64,000 bases of DNA from Candidatus Omnitrophota bacterium (GTDB lineage: Bacteria > Omnitrophota > Gorgyraeia > Aquiviventales > Aquiviventaceae): NCBI GenBank assembly GCA_023247275.1, contig JAHFGT010000001.1, forward strand, positions 6,265 through 70,264. The letters run 5' to 3'. The translations under genes and the position numbers were made by a program. How positions within the stretch are numbered: position 1 is the stretch's first letter; each line of letters opens with the position of its first letter. Below the pieces are notes generated by a model. It worked only from the letters and a program-made list of their open reading frames with translations. It did no database searches and had not been told where the DNA came from. Below are positions 19,236 through 29,015 of the stretch, piece by piece.

Positions 19236-19636
19236 GGGCAGACCGTTGCAAAGAAGGCTTGGGGCTCGATAGGCTGATCACAATGCCACAGCCTCACCCC
19301 ACCGTCCGAAGATTCCTCGACCGTATAGAGCCGTGATCCGACCCATGGGAACCAGCGGGCAACCCAGTCGGCTGTCTTCGGATTGTCGACCAAGACCGCG
19401 GTCATGGGTCTGCAACTGCCCCACACGAGCATCGCCCAGACGGTCACGCGATACCACAAACGCGGGATCCCGCAGATCTGCATCCCGGGATACGGGGTGA
19501 GCACCTGAATAACCTCTTGCGAGACCACCCCACGAATCACGTGGCGGACCGCGGTCCCCTGCTGACACACCGGGATCGTGAGCTGTCGAGCACCGGCCCA
19601 CCCCTTCTCCACGAGCGACAGGATAGACATCGTCAA
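19232..19636 (-). CDS. Hypothetical protein, possibly a stand-alone Rossmann-like half GT-B domain
   Basis: Coupled by 4-nt overlaps on both sides. Confidence 0.65.
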   Translation of the reverse strand: MTMSILSLVEKGWAGARQLTIPVCQQGTAVRHVIRGVVSQEVIQVLTPYPGMQICGIPRLWYRVTVWAMLVWGSCRPMTAVLVDNPKTADWVARWFPWVGSRLYTVEESSDGGVRLWHCDQPIEPQAFFATVCP

Positions 19637-20745
19637 TTGACCGCCGGCGCTGCAGCGCCTGGGCGCGGCCGGGATTCGAGCGCCTGCTCACAGGCGCTGA
19701 GCACATCGGCCGGCTCGATGTGGAGCAGACAGGCCCGCTCGTACGGGCATGGCGGTAACTTGAATTGATGGTAGCAGGGTCGACAGGGCAACCCGCTGAA
19801 GGACACGACACGATGCCGAGAATCAGACGGTGGGTACGGTCCATAGACCCGCGGATCCACCGGGCCAAAGATCGAAACCGTCTTCACGCCTTGGCTCACC
19901 GCCAGATGCAGCGGGCCGCCATCATTGCAGATGACCAGCCCTAATCGGCCCAGCAGACTGACAAATTGTCCGAGCGATGTTTGGCCGCTCAGGTCCATCA
20001 CAGCGGATCGCATCGTGCTGGCGACGGTCCGGCACAGCGGTTGATCCACCGCCTCCCCGAACAGCAAGATCTTTGCGCGGTACCGCTGTACCAGCGCATC
20101 CGCGACGGTGGCAAATCCTTCAGCGCTCCAGCGACGAAACGGCGCATCCGTTCCCCAACTAACACCCCCGGCTGGCACAATACCCACCAGCAGCTCCTCT
20201 GGGGCAACATTATGGGCCCGCAGCCACTCATCGGCCCAGCGTTCATCCACATCTCGAACCGGCAACTCCAACAGGCCATCCACGAGCTCGATACCCATGA
20301 ATCGCAACAACCGACGATAGTATTCGACCACGTGATCATCGTGATATCCATCGATCGCTAGTTGCTCGGTGAGAAATCGGCCTCGTCGGCGATAGTTGAA
20401 CCCGATCCGACGCGGCACGCTCAGCAACTTGAGAATCAGTCCGTAGCGTTCACCGAGTGACAGATCGATGGCCAAGTCGATCCTAGCTCCACGGAGTCGG
20501 CGCAGCAGTCCGAGGAGTGCGGTGACCCCCTGAACTTTGGAGGTCCGCCACAGGTGGAGCAACTCGTCTTTCTCATAAATGAACAACTCGTCAAGATGCG
20601 GGTTATCCCGCAGAATCTGTTCGGTTCGTCGATTACACACATAGCCAATCCGGCTCTGCGGAAAGGCACGCCGCACCGCCCGAACCAGCGGGGTGCTAAA
20701 CAGGACATCGCCAATACCAAACGGGTTCACAATGAGAATATTCAT
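19633..20745 (-). CDS. GT9 ADP-heptose:LPS heptosyltransferase family
   Basis: MNILIVNPFGIGDVLFSTP, NDGGPLHLA, SIFGP, CRPC. Confidence 0.92.
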   Translation of the reverse strand: MNILIVNPFGIGDVLFSTPLVRAVRRAFPQSRIGYVCNRRTEQILRDNPHLDELFIYEKDELLHLWRTSKVQGVTALLGLLRRLRGARIDLAIDLSLGERYGLILKLLSVPRRIGFNYRRRGRFLTEQLAIDGYHDDHVVEYYRRLLRFMGIELVDGLLELPVRDVDERWADEWLRAHNVAPEELLVGIVPAGGVSWGTDAPFRRWSAEGFATVADALVQRYRAKILLFGEAVDQPLCRTVASTMRSAVMDLSGQTSLGQFVSLLGRLGLVICNDGGPLHLAVSQGVKTVSIFGPVDPRVYGPYPPSDSRHRVVSFSGLPCRPCYHQFKLPPCPYERACLLHIEPADVLSACEQALESRPRPGAAAPAVN

Positions 20746-21764
20746 CCCACCTGCCGCACAGCTTGCCATTGCTGCTGAGTGGCTTCCACCACTTCATCAA
20801 CGGTAATGGAGTCCATTGAAGGCTTCCAGATCACCACATGGCCAGGCCCCCACGGACCCCACCGCCCTGGTCCGGTCGCAGGATTCGTCGTTCCGAACAA
20901 GGCCACCGTCCGCGTACCCAATGCACTCGACAAATGCACCGGGCCGCTATCTCCCGAAATCAGCAGCGTTGCGCGCTGGAGCAAGGCGGCGAGCTGTGGG
21001 AGCGACGTGCGCCCCACCAGGTTCGCGATTGACGCGTCCGTCGGCACGATCTGTTCGATTCGCTCACGAGGTTGCGGACTGCCAATCACGACCAGTTTCG
21101 CCGGCACGCGTTCCAGTAGCTGGCGCAACAGCGCTCGGTAGCAGGAGGCCGGCCATTCCTTCGCCGGATGAGACGACCACGGATGCACAATGAGCAGCGG
21201 GTCGGTCAACCGACAACCAGACGGCTGCAGCAGGTCGCGTACGTCATCTTGCTCGTGCGAAAACTGGGGGGAGGACCACTGCGGCGTCGACGGTGACAGC
21301 CCAAGCGCCCGGACCAGATCCAAATTATACTCAACTTCGTGGCGGTCGCCAATCGCCTTGCGCTCCGGCACGCGATGCGTCAAGAGTCGGTCCCATTTTC
21401 GATCATACCCGACCCGGCACGGGATCCCAGCCAGCCAGATGGCCAGATGGAACTCTTTCTTGGGATTCGAAACAATCGCGACCTGAAACCGCAGCTGACG
21501 CAGCTGACGACTCAACCGAATGGCCGCAGTCCACCCGCCTGCCCGCGCTCCAGGATCGTACGTCACCACATGGTCGATCTGGGGCCACCGCTCCAGCAGC
21601 GGCTGCAGCTCGCGGCTGACCAGCATGGTCACCGATGCCTGCGGCCAGGCGGCGCGCAGCGCGGTTACCGCCGGGAGATTCAGGATGGTCTCCCCGAGTC
21701 GATCCGTGCGGACAAACAGGATTCGTTCGGCGCGGTCGAGCGGACCTGGTCTACCCTGTGGCAT
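20742..21764 (-). CDS. GT9 heptosyltransferase family
   Basis: RILFVRTDRLGE, KEWP, GDSGPVHL, ALFG; start approximate. Confidence 0.9.
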   Translation of the reverse strand: MPQGRPGPLDRAERILFVRTDRLGETILNLPAVTALRAAWPQASVTMLVSRELQPLLERWPQIDHVVTYDPGARAGGWTAAIRLSRQLRQLRFQVAIVSNPKKEFHLAIWLAGIPCRVGYDRKWDRLLTHRVPERKAIGDRHEVEYNLDLVRALGLSPSTPQWSSPQFSHEQDDVRDLLQPSGCRLTDPLLIVHPWSSHPAKEWPASCYRALLRQLLERVPAKLVVIGSPQPRERIEQIVPTDASIANLVGRTSLPQLAALLQRATLLISGDSGPVHLSSALGTRTVALFGTTNPATGPGRWGPWGPGHVVIWKPSMDSITVDEVVEATQQQWQAVRQVG

Positions 21765-23010
21765 GCGAATCGTGGATGTCTGTTGTGCCAGCCGCGCGTC
21801 CGCTCCATCCGACGGCCAAACCGGCGAACGTCCAAAACATCGCCGCCTGTCGAAGCGCATAGAAATTCGTATCGATCGCCGCTTGGGCCAGAAATGCCAC
21901 TAGCCCGCCAAGCAATCCGGCGAAGATCACAGACCCATCTGTTCGTGTCGCCTGAATCTGCTGGATGATCCGGACCGTGATCGCGACCAATAACGCCATA
22001 AACAGCACCAACCCAACCACGCCGGTCTCGGCGCCCACTTGCAAGTAACAGTTGTGGGCGTACCGTGGGGTGCGCTCACCTGCGACCCAATAGGTGAGAT
22101 AATTGGACATAAACGTATTCACGCCATGTCCCAGGACCGGCCGATCGCGAATCATACCAATCGCCGCCTGCCACATGGCCCATCGGTCGATCTTTCCGAG
22201 CTCTGAGGGAGAGAGGATGTCCCCTAACCGTCCGACATGGAGCAGGAATCCCACCACCGCAACCCCCACGATCCCGATCAGCAACAAACTGGGAAATCGC
22301 AGCGGGCGGCTGAAGCAGCCCATCGCGAAGATTCCTATCCCCAACCCGAGCCAGGCCCCAGTCGCCTCGGTCCGTGCCAGGCACAACGCAAGAACGAGCA
22401 ACAGTCCCCCAAGCGCTGGTCGGGCTCGGCGACGAATCTGGGCCAGCGCCAGGATGAGCGGGATCACCACCATGAAGTACGTGGCCAAATCGATGGGGTT
22501 TTCATACGGCCCGGTCATCCGCCGATACCGGAACAGCTCATGCCGGCGAAACAGCCCGACACCCCACCACTCTTGCGTGACGCACTCAATGATCACCAGC
22601 CCTGCCGAGCAGGCCAAGACCATGAGGAGGCGCCCAACAACCTGTGGTCGGTTCCACGCCAGATCAGCGACCATCGCAAACAGCCAGAGATATTCCAACC
22701 ATTTGCCGACGAACCCTTCCACACTCTGGCGCGGATACTGGCTCACCAGAATAGACATCGCACAGACGGCCAGATAGGCGCATCCGGCTAACACCAAGCC
22801 CCGCAGCTCTGGCCGCCGCCAGACGATCTGGGCTCGGCCGGTCGCGTCGAGCCGGCCGATGATCCACCCGAGCAGCATCACGCCGAACATGAGTTCGACG
22901 GCCGCCTTGGAAAATGGCAGGAGCAAGATCAGGACGTACAGGCTGCCCTCTTGCAGAAGGGTCGCGAGCTTGGATCGGCCGTCGGGTGTGGTCAGTACGG
23001 TCAGCGACAT
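21751..23010 (-). CDS. O-antigen ligase (WaaL/Wzy_C) family protein
   Basis: Multiple TM helices; R..MW..A..MI.DRP.LG.G..TF; AHNCYLQVGAETGVVG. Confidence 0.9.
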   Translation of the reverse strand: MSLTVLTTPDGRSKLATLLQEGSLYVLILLLPFSKAAVELMFGVMLLGWIIGRLDATGRAQIVWRRPELRGLVLAGCAYLAVCAMSILVSQYPRQSVEGFVGKWLEYLWLFAMVADLAWNRPQVVGRLLMVLACSAGLVIIECVTQEWWGVGLFRRHELFRYRRMTGPYENPIDLATYFMVVIPLILALAQIRRRARPALGGLLLVLALCLARTEATGAWLGLGIGIFAMGCFSRPLRFPSLLLIGIVGVAVVGFLLHVGRLGDILSPSELGKIDRWAMWQAAIGMIRDRPVLGHGVNTFMSNYLTYWVAGERTPRYAHNCYLQVGAETGVVGLVLFMALLVAITVRIIQQIQATRTDGSVIFAGLLGGLVAFLAQAAIDTNFYALRQAAMFWTFAGLAVGWSGRAAGTTDIHDSHATG

Positions 23011-23061
23011 GGCCGGCAGGTTACCGACACGGTGAAGGCGAGATCTGACCAGCGGGGTGGG

Positions 23062-24885
23062 TCACAGCGCGTCGATCACGCCGGCGGTCACGACTTTCCA
23101 CGTCACGCCCCGCGGCTCGCACTGCTGCTGGATGCACTGCAGCAACTCGCCTGGCGGATCGCTCATCGCGATGAGCACTTCGCGGATGCCGTACGCCTCA
23201 AGGCTGTTGGCCAGCTTGCCGCGGCCTCCTAACACCTGGCACCCATGGATTCGGCTCCCATGGGTCCGAATATCATCATCGAGAATGGCGACGACTCGGC
23301 GGGTCGGGCGGGTTTCGTATTTGAGGTAGCGCGCGACGAGCTGGCCGGTATCGCCCGCGCCGATGAGGAGCACCGGGACACCGCGTTCGGCCGCCGCGCC
23401 GATCCACTCATCGAGCAACCGCTCGACGATCCGGGATCCGCCGATGGCCAAAAACGACAGCATCCAATCAATAATGAGCACCGCTCGAGAATAGCCTTGA
23501 AACCGCCAGAGATACAACAGCGCCAGTGCTGAGAGAATCGATCCGAACGAGACCGCGCGGAACATCATCACGATGTCCCATAAACCCAGATATCGCCAAA
23601 TCCCCCGGTACAAGCCACAACTGGCAAAACAACTGATCTTGATCAGCAAGATGATCGGCAACGACTGCACAATGAGCCGTTGGAGATCGCCCGAGAGCAC
23701 CCCCTCGAACCGCAACAGATGCGCGAACACATACACGCTGCCGATCAGACAAAAATCCACGAGAATTTCGACGAGTCGCCGCTTGTGCAGCAGCATCGTC
23801 TCGATAAACGTTCCTGTACTACCAGACGGTGAGAGTACCGGTTCGGCGGCTTGCGGCTCCAGCCGATACACATTGACCCGCGAGAGATACCGGCCAACGA
23901 GTACTAGTCCGGTCAGCACGGACAGCCACAGCGCCAACGCCGGAAGAGGTTTCAAGGTAATGGACACCAGGCTGAGCAGCCCAAAGCCAAGGCTCAGACC
24001 GTACAACACCGTGACGGTTTGCCGAGTACTGAGACCGAGAATCGCGAGCCGGTGCGACACATGGTCGGTCCCACCAGTAAACGGGTGTTGTCGATTCGCA
24101 AGCCGTTGCACCGTCACGAAACAGGTATCGAAGATGGGGACCGCCAGGATGAGTGTCGGGATGGCCAACACGCTGATGACATGCGTGGAGTGGTACCAAC
24201 TTCCCAAGAGCGCGAGCGCGGCTAAGCTGAGCCCAATGAGGTGGCTGCCTGAATCGCCCATAAAAATCTTTGCGGGCGGGAAATTGTAGCGCAGAAACCC
24301 CAGGCAGATTCCCGTCACAATCGCCGCCAGCGTCGCGGTCGTCCACTGGTTGCTGACCACCGCGTGGACCAGGCAGAACCCTGCGCCGATCGCCCCAACG
24401 CCAGCCGCCAACCCGTCCATATTGTCCAAGAGATTGAGGGCATTCATCAGCAGGACAAACCACAAGACGGACAACGGAATGGCAATCCAGGGCCACTGGA
24501 ACAGTTCGATTCGGATTCCGCTGATGACCATGGCGCAGCCGATGATGAGCTGCCCGAGCAGCTTCGTGTACGGCGGCATGCGGCGTAGATCGTCCATCAG
24601 ACCGAGGAGAAACACCAGGCAGGCGCCAAGGAAAAACCCGACGAGCGGCTTCGTCACAGGAAGCCACAGGGCGGCCGAGCCGATGAAACCAAGAAACATC
24701 GCCACGCCGCCGAGCCGGGCGATAATCCGTTTTCCCCACCGATCTTCAACTGGCTTGGAGATCCAGCCAAATCGGACCGCGAACGACCGCACCAGCGGGG
24801 TCAGCACAAAGGTCACCCCCAGGGCGGTCGCACCGGCCGCGAGCACCCGGCCAAAATCGTCCAACAACTGGATGGGAGCACTCAT
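23062..24885 (-). CDS. WecA/MraY-like undecaprenyl-P HexNAc-1-P transferase fused to a CapD/PglF-type N-terminal membrane and Rossmann module
   Basis: GLMDD, NALNLLDNMDGL, FPPAKIFMGDSGS, DHVSHRL; then GLYRGIWRY, SRAVLIIDW, VLLIGAGDTG. Confidence 0.88.
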   Translation of the reverse strand: MSAPIQLLDDFGRVLAAGATALGVTFVLTPLVRSFAVRFGWISKPVEDRWGKRIIARLGGVAMFLGFIGSAALWLPVTKPLVGFFLGACLVFLLGLMDDLRRMPPYTKLLGQLIIGCAMVISGIRIELFQWPWIAIPLSVLWFVLLMNALNLLDNMDGLAAGVGAIGAGFCLVHAVVSNQWTTATLAAIVTGICLGFLRYNFPPAKIFMGDSGSHLIGLSLAALALLGSWYHSTHVISVLAIPTLILAVPIFDTCFVTVQRLANRQHPFTGGTDHVSHRLAILGLSTRQTVTVLYGLSLGFGLLSLVSITLKPLPALALWLSVLTGLVLVGRYLSRVNVYRLEPQAAEPVLSPSGSTGTFIETMLLHKRRLVEILVDFCLIGSVYVFAHLLRFEGVLSGDLQRLIVQSLPIILLIKISCFASCGLYRGIWRYLGLWDIVMMFRAVSFGSILSALALLYLWRFQGYSRAVLIIDWMLSFLAIGGSRIVERLLDEWIGAAAERGVPVLLIGAGDTGQLVARYLKYETRPTRRVVAILDDDIRTHGSRIHGCQVLGGRGKLANSLEAYGIREVLIAMSDPPGELLQCIQQQCEPRGVTWKVVTAGVIDAL

Positions 24886-24898
24886 CGCGTCGGTGGCG

Positions 24899-25906
24899 TC
24901 ACGGGGTGCGCGATCTCGGCGGCGTCATCGCGTCAGCGTCTTGGGGCAGCGCGCGCAGGCTCTCAATCACGTTCCGGATAATGTCATCCAGGTTGGCCGT
25001 TGGCTGAAATCCAATCAAGGATCGGATCTTGCTGATATCCGGCACCCGACGCGGCATGTCTTCAAACCCTTCTTCATACGCTTGTTCGTACGGCACATAG
25101 GCGAGCCCTGAATCCGATCCGGTGATCGCGAGGACCCGCTTGGCCAACGCTTCGATCGTCACCTCTTCCTGACTGCCGAGGTTGAACACCTCGCCAACAG
25201 CCCCAGGGTGCTCCATCAATTGAATCATCGCCCCCACCACATCCCGGACATGCAGAAAGCATCGGGACTGTTTCCCGTTGCCATGCACCTCGAGCGGTTT
25301 TCGCGCCAAGGCTTGGCCCACAAATCGCGGAATGACCATGCCGTAGGCACCGCTCTGGCGTGGCCCGACCGTATTGAACAGGCGCACGATGATCGTCGGC
25401 ACGCCTTTTTCTTTCCAGTACACATGAGCGAGGATCTCATCGACCGCTTTCGAGGTCGAATAGCTCCAACGGCTTTTCAAGGGCGACCCGAGCACCCGGT
25501 CATCTTCTTCCTTAAAAGGTCCGTGCACATTCTTGCCATAGATTTCTGATGTCGACGCCACGAGCACCTTCTTGCGATAGCGATGTGCCATCTCCAGCAC
25601 GATTTCGCTGCCGCGGATGTTGGTCATCATCGATTCGAGCGGCCGTTTGATGATCAGCTCGACGCCAACCGCCGCGGCCAAATGAAACACCGCCTGGCAC
25701 CGCTCCATCAACTTATCGACCAACGATTCGTTGAGGATCGTGCCGATCACGGGATGAAAATTCGGATGCCCGTCCAGATGCGCGACGTTTTCGTACCGCC
25801 CGGTCGACAAATTATCCAGGATCGTCACATCGTCGCCGCGCGCCACTAGCCGCTCGGCCAGATGCGACCCGATAAATCCAGCCCCTCCGGTAATCAAGAC
25901 GTGCAT
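24899..25906 (-). CDS. NAD-dependent epimerase/dehydratase (UDP-glucose 4-epimerase / UDP-GlcA decarboxylase-like)
   Basis: GGAGFIGSH, ASTSEIYGK, YSTSK, RLFNTVGPRQ. Confidence 0.92.
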   Translation of the reverse strand: MHVLITGGAGFIGSHLAERLVARGDDVTILDNLSTGRYENVAHLDGHPNFHPVIGTILNESLVDKLMERCQAVFHLAAAVGVELIIKRPLESMMTNIRGSEIVLEMAHRYRKKVLVASTSEIYGKNVHGPFKEEDDRVLGSPLKSRWSYSTSKAVDEILAHVYWKEKGVPTIIVRLFNTVGPRQSGAYGMVIPRFVGQALARKPLEVHGNGKQSRCFLHVRDVVGAMIQLMEHPGAVGEVFNLGSQEEVTIEALAKRVLAITGSDSGLAYVPYEQAYEEGFEDMPRRVPDISKIRSLIGFQPTANLDDIIRNVIESLRALPQDADAMTPPRSRTP

Positions 25907-27120
25907 GCGGTCAACTCCTCATAGATCGTGGCCATGTCGGTCACGAACCGGCGGGCCGTAAATCGCGTGCCCACATACGATCGACCCGCGTCTACCAGCC
26001 GCTGGCGCAGCGGCAGATCGGCGGCGACTCGCTCAAGCGCTGCCGCCATCCCATCGGCTCCTGCTGCTAATTGTACCAAGACACCGCGTTCGGCGATATC
26101 GTAACCTTGGCCGCGCTCAACCATCTCGCCGAGCAGATCGGCCACACCCCCCACAGCCGTTGACACCACCGGCCGGCCAGCCGCCATGGCCTCGATCAGT
26201 GACACGGGCGTGCCTTCGTTGCGTGATGTCAGACACACACAGTCCAGATCCGCATAGACATCGGCCAAGCAGAGTTGCCAGCTGACGAACCGCACCCGGT
26301 CGCTGATCCCCAGCGCGCGAGCGAACGATTCCAATGCGTGGCGGCGTTCCCCATCTCCGATGATGACACACCGTGCCCGCGGGTGCCGGCGCGCCAATCG
26401 ACTGGCCGCCTCAAGGAACAGCTCGTGCTGTTTGATGGGCACCAACCGACCCACGATCCCGACCAAATACTCGTCGGCCGACAGCTGGTGTTGATTCCGA
26501 AAGTGGTATCGATACCCATTCACCGCTTGCAACTCGGCAAGCTCCAACCCCAACGGCACCACGCGCAGGCGGGTGTCATCGCCGATCCGCAGCCGCAACA
26601 GTTCCCGCTGCAACGAAGGATTAATGGCGATCAAGACATCGGTGGACCGGCCCAACCATCGCTCGATGCGCACAAACAGCCCGGATACGGCCTCACCAAA
26701 ATAGCCAGACAAGACATGGCCATGGAACATGTGCACCTGTCGAACGCTGGGCCGGGATGGCGACAGCCAGCGCACCGCATTGTACCAACGGGCCGCCACG
26801 CGCCCAAGAGCGCCGGCCTTTGCGGTATGGGTGTGGATGACATCCGGCCGCTGCTGCCAGAGGAGCCGGCAGAGTCTGACCAGCGCAATCAGATCCCGCA
26901 CCGGATGGACCGCGCGCCCGAGCTGTGGGATCACCAGATGTGGAACACGCGCTGGCAACAGTGACGCCAGGTCGCCTTCATCCGCTGACGGCAACCCGGT
27001 AATCACCAAAGTGGAGAAGTACGCCGGATCGAGTCCATCGACCAAGACCGCCATCTGTCGAGCGGTGCCGCCGATGTTTAGCCGGGCGATCACCTGGAGG
27101 ACTTTAATCGGCCGTGGCAT
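25894..27120 (-). CDS. GT4 glycosyltransferase
   Basis: IARLNIGG, HTHTAKAG, GRLVPIK, SRNEGTPVSLIEAMA. Confidence 0.92.
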   Translation of the reverse strand: MPRPIKVLQVIARLNIGGTARQMAVLVDGLDPAYFSTLVITGLPSADEGDLASLLPARVPHLVIPQLGRAVHPVRDLIALVRLCRLLWQQRPDVIHTHTAKAGALGRVAARWYNAVRWLSPSRPSVRQVHMFHGHVLSGYFGEAVSGLFVRIERWLGRSTDVLIAINPSLQRELLRLRIGDDTRLRVVPLGLELAELQAVNGYRYHFRNQHQLSADEYLVGIVGRLVPIKQHELFLEAASRLARRHPRARCVIIGDGERRHALESFARALGISDRVRFVSWQLCLADVYADLDCVCLTSRNEGTPVSLIEAMAAGRPVVSTAVGGVADLLGEMVERGQGYDIAERGVLVQLAAGADGMAAALERVAADLPLRQRLVDAGRSYVGTRFTARRFVTDMATIYEELTACTS

Positions 27121-29008
27121 GGGGATGTGTCAAGGGCTTTGAGAGATAGCCCCGCTTCCAATAGGAGAGGATCCCAAGATACTCATGGAGAATGCCGTTG
27201 GCTTGTTGGAGCGTCACACGCTTGCGAATCCACCGCTCATCAGGGCCGCGCTGGTGGGAATAAAACCGGCTGATCGGGATCGGGACATAGATCGCGCGCT
27301 TATCCGGCGCCTGCGCATTCCACACGAGCTGGACACGACGCATATGATAGGGGCTGCTCACCACGAGTACCTGCGTCCACCCTTGCTGTCCGAGAATCCG
27401 ATTCACAAACCGCACGTTGTCGAACGTGTTGGTCGCTTGGTCTTCCAGGATGATCCGCTCTGCCGGGACGCCGAGCGAGACCGCGAGCACTTTCATCACG
27501 TCGGGTTCCCGAAACGTATACATATAGCCGGAGGAAAAAATCAGGTGTTGGGCAAATCCCTGATGGTACAACTCCGCCGCCCATGCCACCCGCTCTTCGT
27601 ACCCTTGAGCCGGTTTGCCGGATTCCCCGACGCCGCCTGCAAACACGACAATCGCATCGCTGGGCACCGGGGCTTGTGAAATCTGCAGCGGCGAGGCCGC
27701 CCACCACACCACCGGCGTATAAAAGATCAGCAGATACGCCGCTAACAACGCCAGGCCGATGCGCGCGATGCGACGCCGCGCGCGATGGTACAGCATCACC
27801 AGCCGCTCCTGCCATTCCACCGGCCCGGTCGCGGCTTGCTGCCGGATCCGGTCCGCCATGAGTCGACTCATTTCCTCAATGCGCCGGTCCCACCCGTTGT
27901 CATAGGCCGCGGCGATCCGACGCTGCACTAGATGATCATCCCGGCGGCTCAACGCCTGCTCGACGTGCTGTACGAACTGCGGATAATCCTTGGCGATCTG
28001 CACCAACGGGCCGTAGCGCTCATTAAACGCTGCGACTTCTGGCAAGAAGGTGGACACCACCGGCTTGCCCAAGGCATGGTACTCGTTCAATTTTGTCGGA
28101 TAGACCGTTTTCGTGTATTCCGACTCCACGTACGGGATCATGGCAACCTCGAACGCTTGGATGTAGTGCGGCAGTTCTTCAAACGGCTTCTGGCCCAAAA
28201 AGAAAATATTGCTGGAGCCGTTGACCGGCGAGATATCGGCTTGCACCGGACCGATCAGCGCCAGCGACCACTCTTTTCGCTGGGTCGCGATGAACTGTAG
28301 CAGGTGAAAATCGACATGCCGGTGCACCCCCCCCACATACCCGATGATCGGTCGGGGGATCGTGTGCAGGTCGTCCGGCAGCCGAGGAGCGGCGTGCGCC
28401 TGTTCGAACGCCTCCAGGTTGACCCCGAAGGGAAACACGTGCACCTGCGGATTCCACTGACGGCACTTGGCCTCGAGCGCAGGCCCCTGAGCAAAGATGA
28501 GGTCACAATGTTGGATGACCGCCTGTTCGGTTCGCCGCACCTTGTGCGGATGGGGCACCAGCTCCTCGAATTCGGCGATGCAATAGTAGACGGCCAACTT
28601 GTGCTCGAGATGGGTCAAGATATCCACGGCGATTCCGGTCGGCAAGAAGGTCCAAATGATCGGGTCATGTGACCCGGTCGCACGGATCCATCGTCGGATC
28701 GCCGTCAGCAGCAACCATTGGTTGATCCAGCGAATGACGCGTGAATACGGACCGGGCAGGATGATCGGCGAATAGACCCAGAGACGATCTTGCACCTTGC
28801 GAAACCCTTTGAAACTTTTGAACCAGTTGACCAGCCGGCGTTGCAGCCGCGGCCAGTCGCGCGGCGTTGGCATGCGCACCCCAGTGTTCTCGATAAACAG
28901 GACATCGTTGCCATGCTTGGCAAACGTCGACATGATCTCCTGATGACCCTGCCACACCGAGTCCCAATCGATCGACGAGAGACAGAGGAGATGTTCGCCG
29001 GTGATCAC
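27104..29008 (-). CDS. TuaH-like GT-B glycosyltransferase fused via a TM helix to a DUF218 (YdcF/ElyC) domain
   Basis: SSIDWD..WQ..Q, YPTKLNEY.A.GKPVVST; TM helix; DAIVVFAGG, EDQATNTFDN, SSPYHMRR, HEYLG. Start GTG 29008 is inferred. Confidence 0.85.
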   Translation of the reverse strand: MITGEHLLCLSSIDWDSVWQGHQEIMSTFAKHGNDVLFIENTGVRMPTPRDWPRLQRRLVNWFKSFKGFRKVQDRLWVYSPIILPGPYSRVIRWINQWLLLTAIRRWIRATGSHDPIIWTFLPTGIAVDILTHLEHKLAVYYCIAEFEELVPHPHKVRRTEQAVIQHCDLIFAQGPALEAKCRQWNPQVHVFPFGVNLEAFEQAHAAPRLPDDLHTIPRPIIGYVGGVHRHVDFHLLQFIATQRKEWSLALIGPVQADISPVNGSSNIFFLGQKPFEELPHYIQAFEVAMIPYVESEYTKTVYPTKLNEYHALGKPVVSTFLPEVAAFNERYGPLVQIAKDYPQFVQHVEQALSRRDDHLVQRRIAAAYDNGWDRRIEEMSRLMADRIRQQAATGPVEWQERLVMLYHRARRRIARIGLALLAAYLLIFYTPVVWWAASPLQISQAPVPSDAIVVFAGGVGESGKPAQGYEERVAWAAELYHQGFAQHLIFSSGYMYTFREPDVMKVLAVSLGVPAERIILEDQATNTFDNVRFVNRILGQQGWTQVLVVSSPYHMRRVQLVWNAQAPDKRAIYVPIPISRFYSHQRGPDERWIRKRVTLQQANGILHEYLGILSYWKRGYLSKPLTHPHATAD

Positions 29009-29015
29009 GCGCGTC

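Noticed and set aside
18231-20760. Near-identical junction sequence (GGCAGGTGG...ATGAA) before the epimerase and GT9 genes
   Set aside because: Explained by a shared SD and start context.
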